A stretch of 64,000 bases of DNA from a virus. The notes beneath the pieces were generated by a model that was not told the origin of the DNA, ran no database searches, and was given only the letters and a program-made list of their open reading frames with translations. How positions within the stretch are numbered: the stretch's first letter is position 1; each line of letters starts with the position of its first letter. Shown in pieces: positions 28,020-37,886 of the stretch. The stretch spans positions 1-64,000 of the IMG/VR virus record IMGVR_UViG_3300045988_095709; one strand, given 5' to 3'. Made by a program: the position numbers and the translations under genes.

Positions 28020-28515
28020 ACTATTTTGATTTATTTTTCATTCTATTTGCGTGAAATACATATTTAGAACACTCTTCTATAGTATCGTTTCCGTCTTCAT
28101 TTTTTACACTTTGAAAATATTTCAAGTGTTTTATATGATTTTTATATGTATCTAACGCCTTTTTTATAACTTTCTAATCCTCATAGTACAACACACATTT
28201 TAAAATCTATTCACCGTTTATACTACCCATAGATCCTACAGAACATAGACTATATATAAAAGATTGTACGCCTTCGTGCCCAAAGTTTTCTATTATTCTG
28301 TTTATATCCTATGTTGATTCTAAATAATATTTATTATCCATGTTATATTCCGGTGTGTTTCCTAATAAGTATGACACATGTACTGGTATACCAAATATTA
28401 CATAATATTTACACGTGTCGGTAACTGGTACATACTAACTTCTCAAACTCAGTACGTCACTATAAAACAGTACGGCGTTCTAATATAGTACTTCTTGCAA
28501 ATGCTATTTGTCCAT
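28000..28515 (-). CDS. Hypothetical protein, readable only with TAG as sense (7 in-frame TAG)
   Basis: Triplet-by-triplet check of the minus frame from ATG 28515 to TAA 28000-28002. There are 171 sense codons, seven CTA on the plus strand (= TAG), and no TAA or TGA. It fills a gap that otherwise looks non-coding. Confidence 0.6.
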
Positions 28516-28518
28516 AAA

Positions 28519-29199
28519 TCAAACATATTGTACGTAATCCAACATCAAATATAAATCAGAATCTCCTTCGTTTTTTATATTCTTATACTCCCAATTATTC
28601 TTTTTAGCCCAATACTTCGGGGAGAAATGTACAATATTTTTGATTAATGCTTTTATTTTTTCTTTAGGTGTCGGTTGATATTGAAATCCTAAAAATTCCC
28701 AAAATAACATTCTAATGTCCGGATCTTCACAGTCGATCATCTTTACCCAAGGATGTTTTCTGTAACCTCCGCAGAAAATCAAATGTTGATATCTAGATTT
28801 CATAAATTCGAAAAACTCTACGAAATTATCAATATATTCTTCATTTTCGTATTTTAGATTTTCTACCGATAAGAAAACATATATCTTTTCATTATGCTTT
28901 TCAGCCATCTCATTTAGATATATTAATGCATCATTTACGAATACATTATAAGTAACAACACCGTGTGCTGATCTAGCGTAATCCCAGTTCATAGGATCTC
29001 GCAAACCTAACAGATCCACTCTTATGTCGAATAATCTAACACCGTATTCGAATTGTTCTTTTATGTTTAAATCCTGACATTTAGATGTGAAGTTTATAAG
29101 CTTCATCCACCATTTAGTAGGCTCAGCATAACTTAAACTGTTATGTGCAGCCAATATTACTTTCTTATTCAGATTCTTTTTTATGTATATCTTTTTCAT
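28519..29199 (-). CDS. Hypothetical protein; weak PLC-like phosphodiesterase (PI-PLC X-domain) resemblance
   Basis: 226 aa. AAHNSLSY ... GVRLFDIRV recalls the H...G.R.fDiRv pattern. From memory only. Confidence 0.55.
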   Translation of the reverse strand: MKKIYIKKNLNKKVILAAHNSLSYAEPTKWWMKLINFTSKCQDLNIKEQFEYGVRLFDIRVDLLGLRDPMNWDYARSAHGVVTYNVFVNDALIYLNEMAEKHNEKIYVFLSVENLKYENEEYIDNFVEFFEFMKSRYQHLIFCGGYRKHPWVKMIDCEDPDIRMLFWEFLGFQYQPTPKEKIKALIKNIVHFSPKYWAKKNNWEYKNIKNEGDSDLYLMLDYVQYV

Positions 29200-29579
29200 T
29201 TTTTAAAAGTTTTATATACTTTAGAAGCCACCCATCCTACTAAATACGCAGAAGCTTCCTGTCCATCATATGTTTCTTCTTGTCCTATTTCGTCAAACAG
29301 CATTATTTTCACATGTTCGGATTCGTGAGAAATGTCTTTTATTATTTCAGACATGTCCTTTCGTTTCAAAGTATAATCCGAAATATTTACTATATATCCA
29401 TAATTTCCTGTTTTCTTATCTATGCACAACCAAGCAAAAGTATAACTAACATCTATTTTAGTAGGATCTTTCACTTCGAATTTTTTATTTATGTCTTCGT
29501 TTGTTACATTTTTACAAACCCACAGTGTTCTAGGATATATACCCATTTCGTATTTATCTATTACTTTTTTCTTCGCCAT
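29196..29579 (-). CDS. Hypothetical protein
   Basis: 127 aa ORF. Confidence 0.6.
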   Translation of the reverse strand: MAKKKVIDKYEMGIYPRTLWVCKNVTNEDINKKFEVKDPTKIDVSYTFAWLCIDKKTGNYGYIVNISDYTLKRKDMSEIIKDISHESEHVKIMLFDEIGQEETYDGQEASAYLVGWVASKVYKTFKK

Positions 29580-29700
29580 CTCTATATTTTCTACAATTAT
29601 TAGTAGACAGTGTTATATTATTACACTTAGTACACCATCCCGAATTATTATCATACTCTATATATGATATACAATCAATACATAATCCTCTATTCTTCAT
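29554..29700 (-). CDS. Small Cys-rich (zinc-ribbon-like) protein, 48 aa
   Basis: MKNRGLCIDCISY...GWCTKCNN has two CxxC pairs. First gene of the minus arm. Below the track cutoff. Confidence 0.4.
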   Translation of the reverse strand: MKNRGLCIDCISYIEYDNNSGWCTKCNNITLSTNNCRKYRDGEEKSNR

Positions 29701-29913
29701 ATAATTATAGTCTTACTTTTTGTATAGTATTTATATAATATATATAATATAATATATATAATATATTTCTTTTTATCTTACTTTTTCTTTATTTTACACA
29801 GATTAAACGTAAATAATTACTAAAAAGTTGCGAAATTGCAAATTTAAATGATAAAATGCAACCATTTTTTTAATTTTTACGTTATGTGATTGAATTTTTT
29901 AAAAATTAAAATT
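29701..29913. promoter_or_regulatory. Divergent strand-switch region with a TA-rich tract
   Basis: No ORFs. (TA)-rich run tatttatataatatatataatataatatatataatatatt at about 29729-29770. Genes diverge from here. Confidence 0.5.
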
Positions 29914-30321
29914 ATGAGCAATGAATTAATAGTTGTTAAGCCGTTCAACTCTTTACAAAAAGGCGACACATTTATACTCAATAATGGAAAATATATTTGT
30001 TCTATTAAAGAGACTACAGATGGAACATGTGTAAAAGATAACATGGATTACGAGATGACTACTACAAATACTACAGTATTGTCAGTAGATACAGCTAAGT
30101 CATTGATCGAATCTGGTTATTTGAAGGACGAAACAGAAAAGGAGTCTGAAAAAACAGTATTTGATGAAATGGATGGTTTACTTTCTGCATATTACGATAG
30201 GATTGCAAACTTAGATGAGGAGTTTAAAGATGCTCCTACGTGCCTAAAGAATGAGGCAGAGGTTACCACTTTGAATCTAATAAAAGTTTTGAGACATCTT
30301 AAGACATTTAAAAATGCGTAA
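29914..30321 (+). CDS. Hypothetical protein
   Basis: ATG 29914 is preferred to the TTG at 29890. No TAG, TAA stop. Confidence 0.6.
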   Translation: MSNELIVVKPFNSLQKGDTFILNNGKYICSIKETTDGTCVKDNMDYEMTTTNTTVLSVDTAKSLIESGYLKDETEKESEKTVFDEMDGLLSAYYDRIANLDEEFKDAPTCLKNEAEVTTLNLIKVLRHLKTFKNA

Positions 30322-30326
30322 ATAGT

Positions 30327-30746
30327 ATGAACGAGGAGAAGATAAGTAGTAATCAGGATTTGGCTGAAAGCTTGCAGCCGGATATAAAGTTTGAATTTAG
30401 TAGATATTTTCTTGTAAAGCCGCTAGAGTTAGATAAGATAAAGAAAGAATTCGAAACACCGATCCCTTCTAAAGAACAAAAAGGAAAGGATGAAAACGGA
30501 ATAGAAGCTACAGATTATTCTGAAACTAAGAAAGAAATAAAGACTGTAGATTCAGATTGGAGAAAGGCAATAGTATTAAAAACTCCTTCTTCACATATAG
30601 CAAATAATACGAATGAAACTTCATTCTTGTCTGATATAAAAGTCGGAGACACTGTTGTTTATAGAAACAAGCACGCATTTCCTTTCGATCTGTATAGAGA
30701 TTCTGAATTAGTGTCAGGATTCGATATAGTAGCTGTAATGAAGTGA
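30327..30746 (+). CDS. Hypothetical protein
   Basis: 139 aa, no in-frame TAG. Confidence 0.6.
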   Translation: MNEEKISSNQDLAESLQPDIKFEFSRYFLVKPLELDKIKKEFETPIPSKEQKGKDENGIEATDYSETKKEIKTVDSDWRKAIVLKTPSSHIANNTNETSFLSDIKVGDTVVYRNKHAFPFDLYRDSELVSGFDIVAVMK

Positions 30747-30955
30747 AATTCGAAAGTATAGTAAAACAGGTCTCAGAAAATACGAAAATAGATTATGAAA
30801 CAGTATGTAACGTTCTAAAATTCCACTTTAAACATATAAAAAACATAATGCAAGACGAGGATGATATTAGAGATATACTGTTTAATAATTTATTTAAGTT
30901 CAAACTTAAAACACGTTATAAAAATAACAAACATTTAAATTATATTTCCAAATGA
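30743..30955 (+). CDS. Hypothetical protein
   Basis: 70 aa, GTGA start/stop overlap (GTG start at 30743). Confidence 0.5.
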   Translation: MKFESIVKQVSENTKIDYETVCNVLKFHFKHIKNIMQDEDDIRDILFNNLFKFKLKTRYKNNKHLNYISK

Positions 30956-31323
30956 ATAAGATTTATATAACAGACAGTTCACGTCCGATATTGGTAGATA
31001 GTGACGATAATATTAGATCTATAACATCTGACAGAGAAGCTATAAACAGAGTGATATTATTAGACGACGACTATGAAATCGTAAGTGGAGAATACAAAGA
31101 AGACAGAAGTTTTATAACAAAACGCCTGATCGGAAAGAAGGGACAAATCATGATTGTCTTTTACGAAGACTCATTTAAGCACAAGGTTATATTGGTAGAC
31201 AATAAAGACTGGGTTGAAAACATAACAGAATACAATAAGAAGCTAGAAAAAATTAAATCTAAATCCAATGATATTTCTGGAGAGTGCGATTGTGCTTGTG
31301 AAACAAAAAGTTGTGATTGTTAA
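30952..31323 (+). CDS. Hypothetical protein with Cys-rich C-terminus
   Basis: 123 aa ending ...CDCACETKSCDC. Confidence 0.6.
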   Translation: MNKIYITDSSRPILVDSDDNIRSITSDREAINRVILLDDDYEIVSGEYKEDRSFITKRLIGKKGQIMIVFYEDSFKHKVILVDNKDWVENITEYNKKLEKIKSKSNDISGECDCACETKSCDC

Positions 31324-31334
31324 ATTTTGAAAAT

Positions 31335-31655
31335 ATGAAAAAGAAGAAGAATACAAAGCCTGAGCTTATAATAAACATCGATGTAAATACTACTCCGTAC
31401 GATATATACATGGAGATAGCAAAGTATAAGTATGAGAGTGCTTTAAGCGATGTTGAACAACTATTAATGGAGAAGAACGCTATCGATAAGTATTTTGCTA
31501 AAGTAGACGAAATCGTTTCTAATATATATGCAAACATGCACAATGTATCTGTAGAAGACGAGGATACTGTTGTCTACGAAAAACAAACTGAGCATAAAAG
31601 CTGGGTTCGAAAAGTGTTCGATAAGATATTTAGAAGAAATAAATCCAAAGAATAA
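31335..31655 (+). CDS. Hypothetical protein
   Basis: ATG 31335 (MKKKKNTKPE...), TAA stop. Confidence 0.55.
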   Translation: MKKKKNTKPELIINIDVNTTPYDIYMEIAKYKYESALSDVEQLLMEKNAIDKYFAKVDEIVSNIYANMHNVSVEDEDTVVYEKQTEHKSWVRKVFDKIFRRNKSKE

Positions 31656-31719
31656 ATAAACACATAGGTACTTAGTACCTATACTGCCCTATGGTGTAAC
31701 GGCTAGCACAGGAGGCTCT

Positions 31720-32691
31720 TTGTTACAATTACTATTTAAAATGGAAAATAAAATATATTCTCTTTCGGACGATCAGTTCGTAGAATTAATAAAAACCAGC
31801 CAAAATATATCTGAAGTATTATTTAAATTAGGATACTCAATAAAAGGAAATTCTTGGGGTTTTTCTAAAATAAAAAAACGAATGGAAGATTTACATCTTA
31901 CTAATAATGATTTTAAAGGTAAGTCTATACTCAATACTAAGGTAGAAAAAGTAGATCCAAATAAATTATTTAGTGAGAATAGTAAACATAACAGGAACGT
32001 ATTAAGAAGATATATAATAAATAATAATCTGTTACCTTATAAATGCGCTATTTGTGGTATTACTAAATGGAACGATAAAACAATAAGTTTAGAATTAGAT
32101 CACATAAATGGTAAGAATAACGATAACAGATTAGAAAATTTAAGGTTTTTGTGTCCAAATTGCCATAGTCAAACTTCTACTTACGGATGTAGAAATAAAT
32201 CAATAAACGAATCTAAATACGATATTGATTTCGAAACCAAAATGTTAGTAGAAGACGCTTATGACAAATTGAAAAATATAAAAAAGGTGTCTAAGCAATT
32301 AGGAATAAGAAGGTGTGTTGTTACTAAAATAGTAAACGAATCTGGACAAAAAAAATCTAATCAAAAGTATGTAATAAGATATGACAAAGATCACAACGAA
32401 ATAAAAAGATACGGAAGTCTATCTGAAACAGCTAGAGATTTAATAAATAACAACGAGGTTAAAACTAAAAAAATAAAAACCTGTACAAGAACTTTAAATA
32501 AAAATAAAGATACGTTTTGGTGTAATAGTTATTGGAAAATCGAGGATGGTTGTGGGATAATAAATAATCCACAATTAGAATCTTCTCTAATTGACTCGGA
32601 AGTAAAACACGACGAGGCGCAAGCGAAAGCGGCGTGACAGACTAAACGAGAAGACCGATCTTAGGATTGGATGCAATAGTCGGTTCTTATG
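31720..32691 (+). mobile_element. Intervening sequence in the tRNA anticodon (group I intron-like) carrying a homing endonuclease ORF
   Basis: 972 nt lie between anticodon positions 35 and 36. The upstream exon ends in U and the insert ends in G, as group I splice sites require. The GC-rich 3' part (about 32560-32691) has a GAAA-capped helix and AGACTAAACGAG at 32639-32650, which I recall resembling the P7 region of bacterial tRNA introns. Confidence 0.55.
31741..32637 (+). CDS. HNH homing endonuclease (intron-encoded)
   Basis: 298 aa from ATG 31741. CxxC (YKCAICG) then ELDHINGKNNDNRLENLRFLCPNCH (H-N-H). The C-terminal half has IENR/NUMOD-like DNA-binding repeats (YVIRYDKDHNEIKRYGSLSETARDL). 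Confidence 0.75.
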   Translation: MENKIYSLSDDQFVELIKTSQNISEVLFKLGYSIKGNSWGFSKIKKRMEDLHLTNNDFKGKSILNTKVEKVDPNKLFSENSKHNRNVLRRYIINNNLLPYKCAICGITKWNDKTISLELDHINGKNNDNRLENLRFLCPNCHSQTSTYGCRNKSINESKYDIDFETKMLVEDAYDKLKNIKKVSKQLGIRRCVVTKIVNESGQKKSNQKYVIRYDKDHNEIKRYGSLSETARDLINNNEVKTKKIKTCTRTLNKNKDTFWCNSYWKIEDGCGIINNPQLESSLIDSEVKHDEAQAKAA

Positions 32692-32762
32692 AACCCTCTT
32701 AGTCTGGGTTCGAATCCTAGTGGGGTAACTAAATAGATAATAAATTAAAAATAAAATAATTT

Positions 32763-33245
32763 ATGGAAGTTAAGTTTAAGAAATTAGCAGAAAATGCTGT
32801 AATGCCTCAGAGGGCATATAAAGGAGATGCAGGTTTAGATCTTACCGCTACTCGTATTGATACTGAAGTTAATAACTGTGGACAATTGATCCTTGTTTAC
32901 CATACTGATCTTGCAGTAGAAATACCAGAAGGTTATGTAGGATTACTATTTCCTAGATCTAGCGTATACAAAACAGCACTATCTGCATCTAACGCGGTAG
33001 GAGTTATAGACTCTGGATATAGAGGCGAAATGACTATTAAGTTTAGAAATACTACAGATGTAATTCCTGCTGTATATAAAGTTGGAGATCGTTTCTGTCA
33101 GTTGGTAATAGTTAAGATTCCAGAAATCGAAGTTGTAGAAGCTGAGGAATTATCAGAATCGGAAAGAGAGACTAAGAGTTATGGATCTACTGGAAACGGA
33201 GAGATGGAAACTAAACAAGACAACAATACAGAATCTGCTAATTAA
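32763..33245 (+). CDS. dut: dUTP diphosphatase (trimeric dUTPase)
   Basis: 160 aa. Motifs GDAGLDL, PRSS, IDSGYRGE and C-terminal YGSTG. No in-frame TAG. Confidence 0.85.
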   Translation: MEVKFKKLAENAVMPQRAYKGDAGLDLTATRIDTEVNNCGQLILVYHTDLAVEIPEGYVGLLFPRSSVYKTALSASNAVGVIDSGYRGEMTIKFRNTTDVIPAVYKVGDRFCQLVIVKIPEIEVVEAEELSESERETKSYGSTGNGEMETKQDNNTESAN

Positions 33246-33260
33246 TACAGATTCTAATAT

Positions 33261-33332
33261 CGTGGGGTGGAGCAGAGGTAGCTTGCTAGGCTCATAACCT
33301 AGAGGTCGGGGGTTCGATTCCCTCCCCCATAA
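33261..33332 (+). tRNA. Initiator-like tRNA-fMet(CAU)
   Basis: CGTGGGGTGGAGCAGAGGTAGCTTGCTAGGCTCATAACCTAGAGGTCGGGGGTTCGATTCCCTCCCCCATAA. C1xA72 mismatch, A11-U24, loop CUCAUAA. Close to my recollection of E. coli tRNA-fMet. Confidence 0.8.
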
Positions 33333-33389
33333 CAATTTTACAAAGGAGTGAAATAAATATTATTTTAATAACCATTATTTTAACTTATA

Positions 33390-33409
33390 GTAGAACCAAA
33401 CGGTTCTAC
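33390..33409 (+). terminator. Stem-loop between the two tRNAs
   Basis: GTAGAACC-AAAC-GGTTCTAC followed by TTTT. Confidence 0.45.
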
Positions 33410-33413
33410 TTTT

Positions 33414-33486
33414 GCGGAAGTAGCTCAATTGGTAGAGCACTAGTCTTCCAAGCTGGGGGTTGCGAGTTCGAGCCTCGTCTTCCGCT
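33414..33486 (+). tRNA. tRNA-Gly(UCC)
   Basis: Acceptor GCGGAAG/CTTCCGC; D GCTC/GAGC; anticodon loop CTTCCAA; T-arm GCGAG-TTCGAGC-CTCGT. Confidence 0.85.
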
Positions 33487-33533
33487 CTCTTAATTCATAT
33501 TTCTTAGATTAAAATTTATTATTTCACAAAGTG

Positions 33534-33572
33534 TATAGGGGATAGTTGAACGCTATTCCCTATACGCGTTTT
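33534..33572 (+). terminator. Strong stem-loop after the tRNA cluster
   Basis: 12-bp stem TATAGGGGATAG/CTATTCCCTATA, 7-nt loop, then CGCGTTTT. Confidence 0.6.
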
Positions 33573-33626
33573 AACTCATGTCAAGTATTAACTTCATATT
33601 TGGCTGTTTTTCAAAAATATAAATTT

Positions 33627-36600
33627 ATGATAAATTCAAATTGTGCTTTAGATTGCATGAATGTCGCTACTGATATTAAAATAGCGGGTATGATGGGATA
33701 GTTAGTACAGCACGAATCTGACAATGACATTCATGTGACAAAAGAAGAAAAAGAAAAATTAAAAAGTATTACAAACGATTCTGAAGATAATTCTGATCTT
33801 ACAGAAATAAAATTAACTTTGAACAATAAAGCCGATAAAGACGAAATACCGACAAAGTTGTCATAGTTAGAAAACGATACTAATTTTATTTCTTCTATTC
33901 CAGATTTCTATACTACTGAAGAAGAGGTAAAATTATTAATCGAAGGTTATCTTGAGGGTTACGACGGATCTGGTGGATCTGGAGGTGCTTCTGATGAAGA
34001 TATAAAAAGATTAGAACAACTTATAAAAGATCTTACTACACTCGTAAACAACAATACTACAGATATAGAGAGTATAAAAAAGACACTTGAAGAACATTCT
34101 GAAAGTATAACTAATATAGAACAGTTAATAGATACTCTCGAATAGTCTATAAGTAACATAAATCAACAGATAGAATAGATAAATGTTAAAATAGACAACA
34201 TCGAAGGCGGTGGATCTGGCGGATCTTATGTTCTTCCGATAGCTTCTGCGACATAGCTTGGAGGAATAAAAGTAGGATTGGGATTGAGTATTGATGGTTC
34301 AGGAGTGTTATCTACTACCGGAGAAGGTGGTGGCGGAGGTTCTGATTTATCTTAGATATTAGAACAGATAAAAGGAATGTTCATATCTAAAACACAAGAA
34401 GACAGTACTGATTACTTATTGACACTAAATGACGGTCTTGTAGTAAAAAAGAACGATATTGACGATTTTTGTGTGTAGACAGATATTGTAAGAGATGCTG
34501 GATTCTTTAGTGGACTCTTCGGATCAGGTTATTCACTTTCTAGTGATTCGTCAGATAGTCTTAGTAATTTTAGTTCTGATGGTTCTTTATTGGAAATAGA
34601 TAATCTTCTTGTTAGAAGAAAAGCTATGTTCCAGGAATTAGAGATAAGAAAAGTATCAGCAATAGGTGGAACTCTTGTTTTATCTAACGCTAGTGGTACT
34701 ATAATAAATACTACAGATAAGGGTGGTGGTATAATAAGATGTTATTTAAAAGCCGATGACGGTACTACTAGAACTTAGAATTTATTCCAACCTCAAGATT
34801 ATGTAAGATGTCAGACGTTTAATATACAAGCTGGAATATATAGTGATGTAAAAAATAAATCATACTGCCTTGCTGTATAGGATGTTGGTTCCGACGAAGC
34901 TTTGGGATCAAACGAACCTATGAACTATATAGATGTTATATATCAATCTGGAGATAAGCCGGAGGCTGGAGATGTAATCGTACAGTACGGATGTCAGCCT
35001 GGAGGTGACGAATCTAGAAAGAATCTTATAGAGTTATCAACATCTGACGTAGATGCACCTTGTATGAAGATGTACACAGGAGTAGAAGGAATGCATAGTT
35101 TAGAGGATCATGTTCAGTCTATAATAAGTCCGGAACTTGTAGAATTCACCACAGATGTGTTTAGAATAAGAAGCGGCGGTAATTCATATCCTATAGCAAT
35201 AGACAGAGGAAAGTATGATCAGTATACTACATACTACTATTATGATCGCGTAAGCTACGAAGGAAGTTTGTGGTTGTGTATTTATCAGGGAGAAGAAGGC
35301 GTTACTGGAGTAGAACCATCTTTTGAAAATTCAGAATATTGGGAACTTTAGGTGTCTAAAGGAGACAAAGGAGATCAAGGAGAATCTCAAGACGGAAATG
35401 ATATTTATTCTATGTCATTAGATCAAGATGTATTCTTATCGTTATACGATTCTGAAACTAGAAAATGGTCTCCAGATATAAGGACATCTTCTATAAATAT
35501 AAACGTATATAAAAACAACGAGCTTGTAACTACAAAAGACGTACCTTATACTGCAAGTATAATAGAAACAAACGGTGATTGGACTCCTAGTGCAAGTGTT
35601 ACTGAAGATGCTTCGTCTTATTATATAACAGCATCTGATGTTAGATTGACAAATGGAACAGCAGATTGTACTGTATAGGTATCTATTACTGATACTAATG
35701 TAAAACTTAAGAGAAAATTCACACTCATAGTATCAGAAAAGCCTACGTACGATTATGACGAAAACGGATATACTGTGTTTATATCTCCTTCTAATTTAGA
35801 ATTACCTGTAAAATATGAAACAGAAGATAAATAGATAACGGTATCTAACGATCCTACACATCCTATAAAAATAACAGTACCTGTTGTAAAATCAATAACT
35901 ACGGATTTATCTAAGAAGATAAACGTTATGATATTCAAAGGAAGTAAAGTTATAACAAATCCCTAGATAAATATAAAAAGTTCTGTAAATTTAGATTCGA
36001 TGGATTATGAAGGATGGTTTGGAGTTGGCCATTTATATAAAACCACATATACAGAAAACGATACTTATTAGATAAGTATATACGAAGTCCCAACTTCTAC
36101 TGTATATTGGCTTCCTGAAAACTTTACAGACGGAGAAGCAGTAGCGTTCCCAGTAACAAGTATGAACATAAACATTGCTCCCCAATACGACGGAGTTCCT
36201 TCTACTGACGTACCAGTAAATGTAAATCTGGACGGAAATGGTAGTATATGGGAAGTTACTGGAACTAGATTTACAAGTACTTTCACTGCTATAAATAATA
36301 TGAATATTAACTATTCATCTATAGAATAGACTGCTGATCATATACAATCTGTAGTTGGACAATATCTTGTAGACGAAAACGGTGATTATACTGAAACGTT
36401 TACACAAGCAATGTAGACTGCTACTAGTGTAGAAATTGGAGCATATCAGGACGGTTTGGCTGCATGTGGTCTTATAGTGTCTTTGGAAAGAGGAGGAGAT
36501 GGAAATTATACTTCTACAGATGGTGTTGTAAAAGTATACGGAAACAAATTCCAAGTATACGATAGAGATTTGCGTAATATAATGTTTACAGTAGACGACT

Positions 36601-37355
36601 CTGGTTATACTACTGTTAGAAATCTTAAAGCAGAAAATGCATATGTTTCTGGAGAAGTTATAGCAACAAAGGGATCTGTAGGAGCATTCTCTATACAAGA
36701 TGATAATCTTACATCTAGTAAAAACGGAACTGTAGAATTAACATCCAATGGATTAAAGATTGTATCTCCAACACAATCTAGTGGAGTTGAAGATAGTTAT
36801 ATAGCATTTAATACTGTAAACTAGAAATAGGGAGAAAGTACACTATATAATTCTGCAGCTTATATTCACAATCACGGAAAAGAATCAGGATAGAATTATG
36901 CAGCATTATACGTAAGCTGCGACGGTTTTGGAAAAAAATATGGAATATTTAACGAATCTACGACAAATACTAACGGACTGGTAAACAATGGTGTACTTGT
37001 AAACAACCTATGTCCAGTAACAACCACAATGAATTTGGATGCGTATCCATTTAGTAAATTCATACATTACGGTTCTTCTACGTGTACATTGAACTTACCA
37101 ACAAATCCTGCAGACGGAATGGATATAGAATTTATAGTAACAAATCCTGACGGAAAATTAAACATAAATACTACAAACTCTAATACAATATTATATATAA
37201 AAGACAATATTGCAGGAAGTGTAAACAACGTGAATTCGTATACTACAGGTGGTGCTGGTATATGGAGATTGATATTCCTAGGACAGACACAACAATTAGG
37301 ACCTAGTACTTAGGCGTGGTTTGCATTTAGAATTACAGATAATTACACAGCATAA
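33627..37355 (+). CDS. Large tail fibre or tail spike-like protein (1242 codons, 20 in-frame TAG)
   Basis: Five track fragments (34590, 34902, 35352, 36456, 37029) share one frame. I read the gaps and found only TAG stops. GSGGSGG linkers and the fibre motif LPIASAT-TAG-LGGIKVG. Ends TAA-TAA. Start uncertain (33627, 33657 or 33690). Confidence 0.7.
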
Positions 37356-37357
37356 TA

Positions 37358-37876
37358 ATGTTCGATATAAAAGGAAACAAAATAGTATTGAGTACTGATG
37401 ATCTTGCGATACCTCCTTTTAAAGAATTTTACAATAACGCAAAAGATAAAGAACAAGCGAAAAAGGAAATAGAATATGTAATATGGAGATACAAATGGAA
37501 TACTCCATACGAATCTTATCCAGAAAACGAAAGATCTCAAAGAGTATCGAAAGATTTATTTGGTACTACTACATACGAACCAGACGATAAAGTTAAAGAA
37601 TTGATAAAAAGATTCAACGAGTTTCAGGAGACTCCTAGTACAAGATTACTAGGAGCTTCTAAAACCGCAGCTGAGGGAGTTATGTAGGCATTAAAAGAAT
37701 ATTCTACTGGTGAAGTTGATATAGATACTGCTATAAAGATAACTAGAATTCTGAAAGATGTAGGAGGTATAGTAAAATCATTAGACGTAGCTATGAAACA
37801 AGCCAAGGCAGAACAGTTAGAATCAGGAAGAGTAAAAGGTGGAGGAACTATCGGATTATACGAAGTTCCGAAATAA
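37358..37876 (+). CDS. Hypothetical protein; positional candidate for small terminase subunit
   Basis: 172 aa with 1 in-frame TAG (37685-37687). Lies immediately upstream of TerL. Confidence 0.55.
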
Positions 37877-37886
37877 TATTTAAATT

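Larger units (their letters stand above)
31685..32728 (+). tRNA. Split amber-suppressor tRNA(CUA), probably Gln-type; exons 31685-31719 and 32692-32728
   Basis: Joined exons: TGCCCTATGGTGTAACGGCTAGCACAGGAGGCTCT + AACCCTCTTAGTCTGGGTTCGAATCCTAGTGGGGTAA = 72 nt cloverleaf. Acceptor TGCCCTA/TGGGGTA (U1-A72); D GTGT/GCAC; anticodon stem GGAGG/CCTCT; loop CUCUAAC gives anticodon CUA; T-arm CTGGG-TTCGAAT-CCTAG. Confidence 0.75.

Noticed and set aside
31720-31740. Track start (TTG at 31720) for the HNH ORF
   Set aside because: The first in-frame ATG is at 31741. Position 31720 is the first nucleotide after the tRNA 5' exon.
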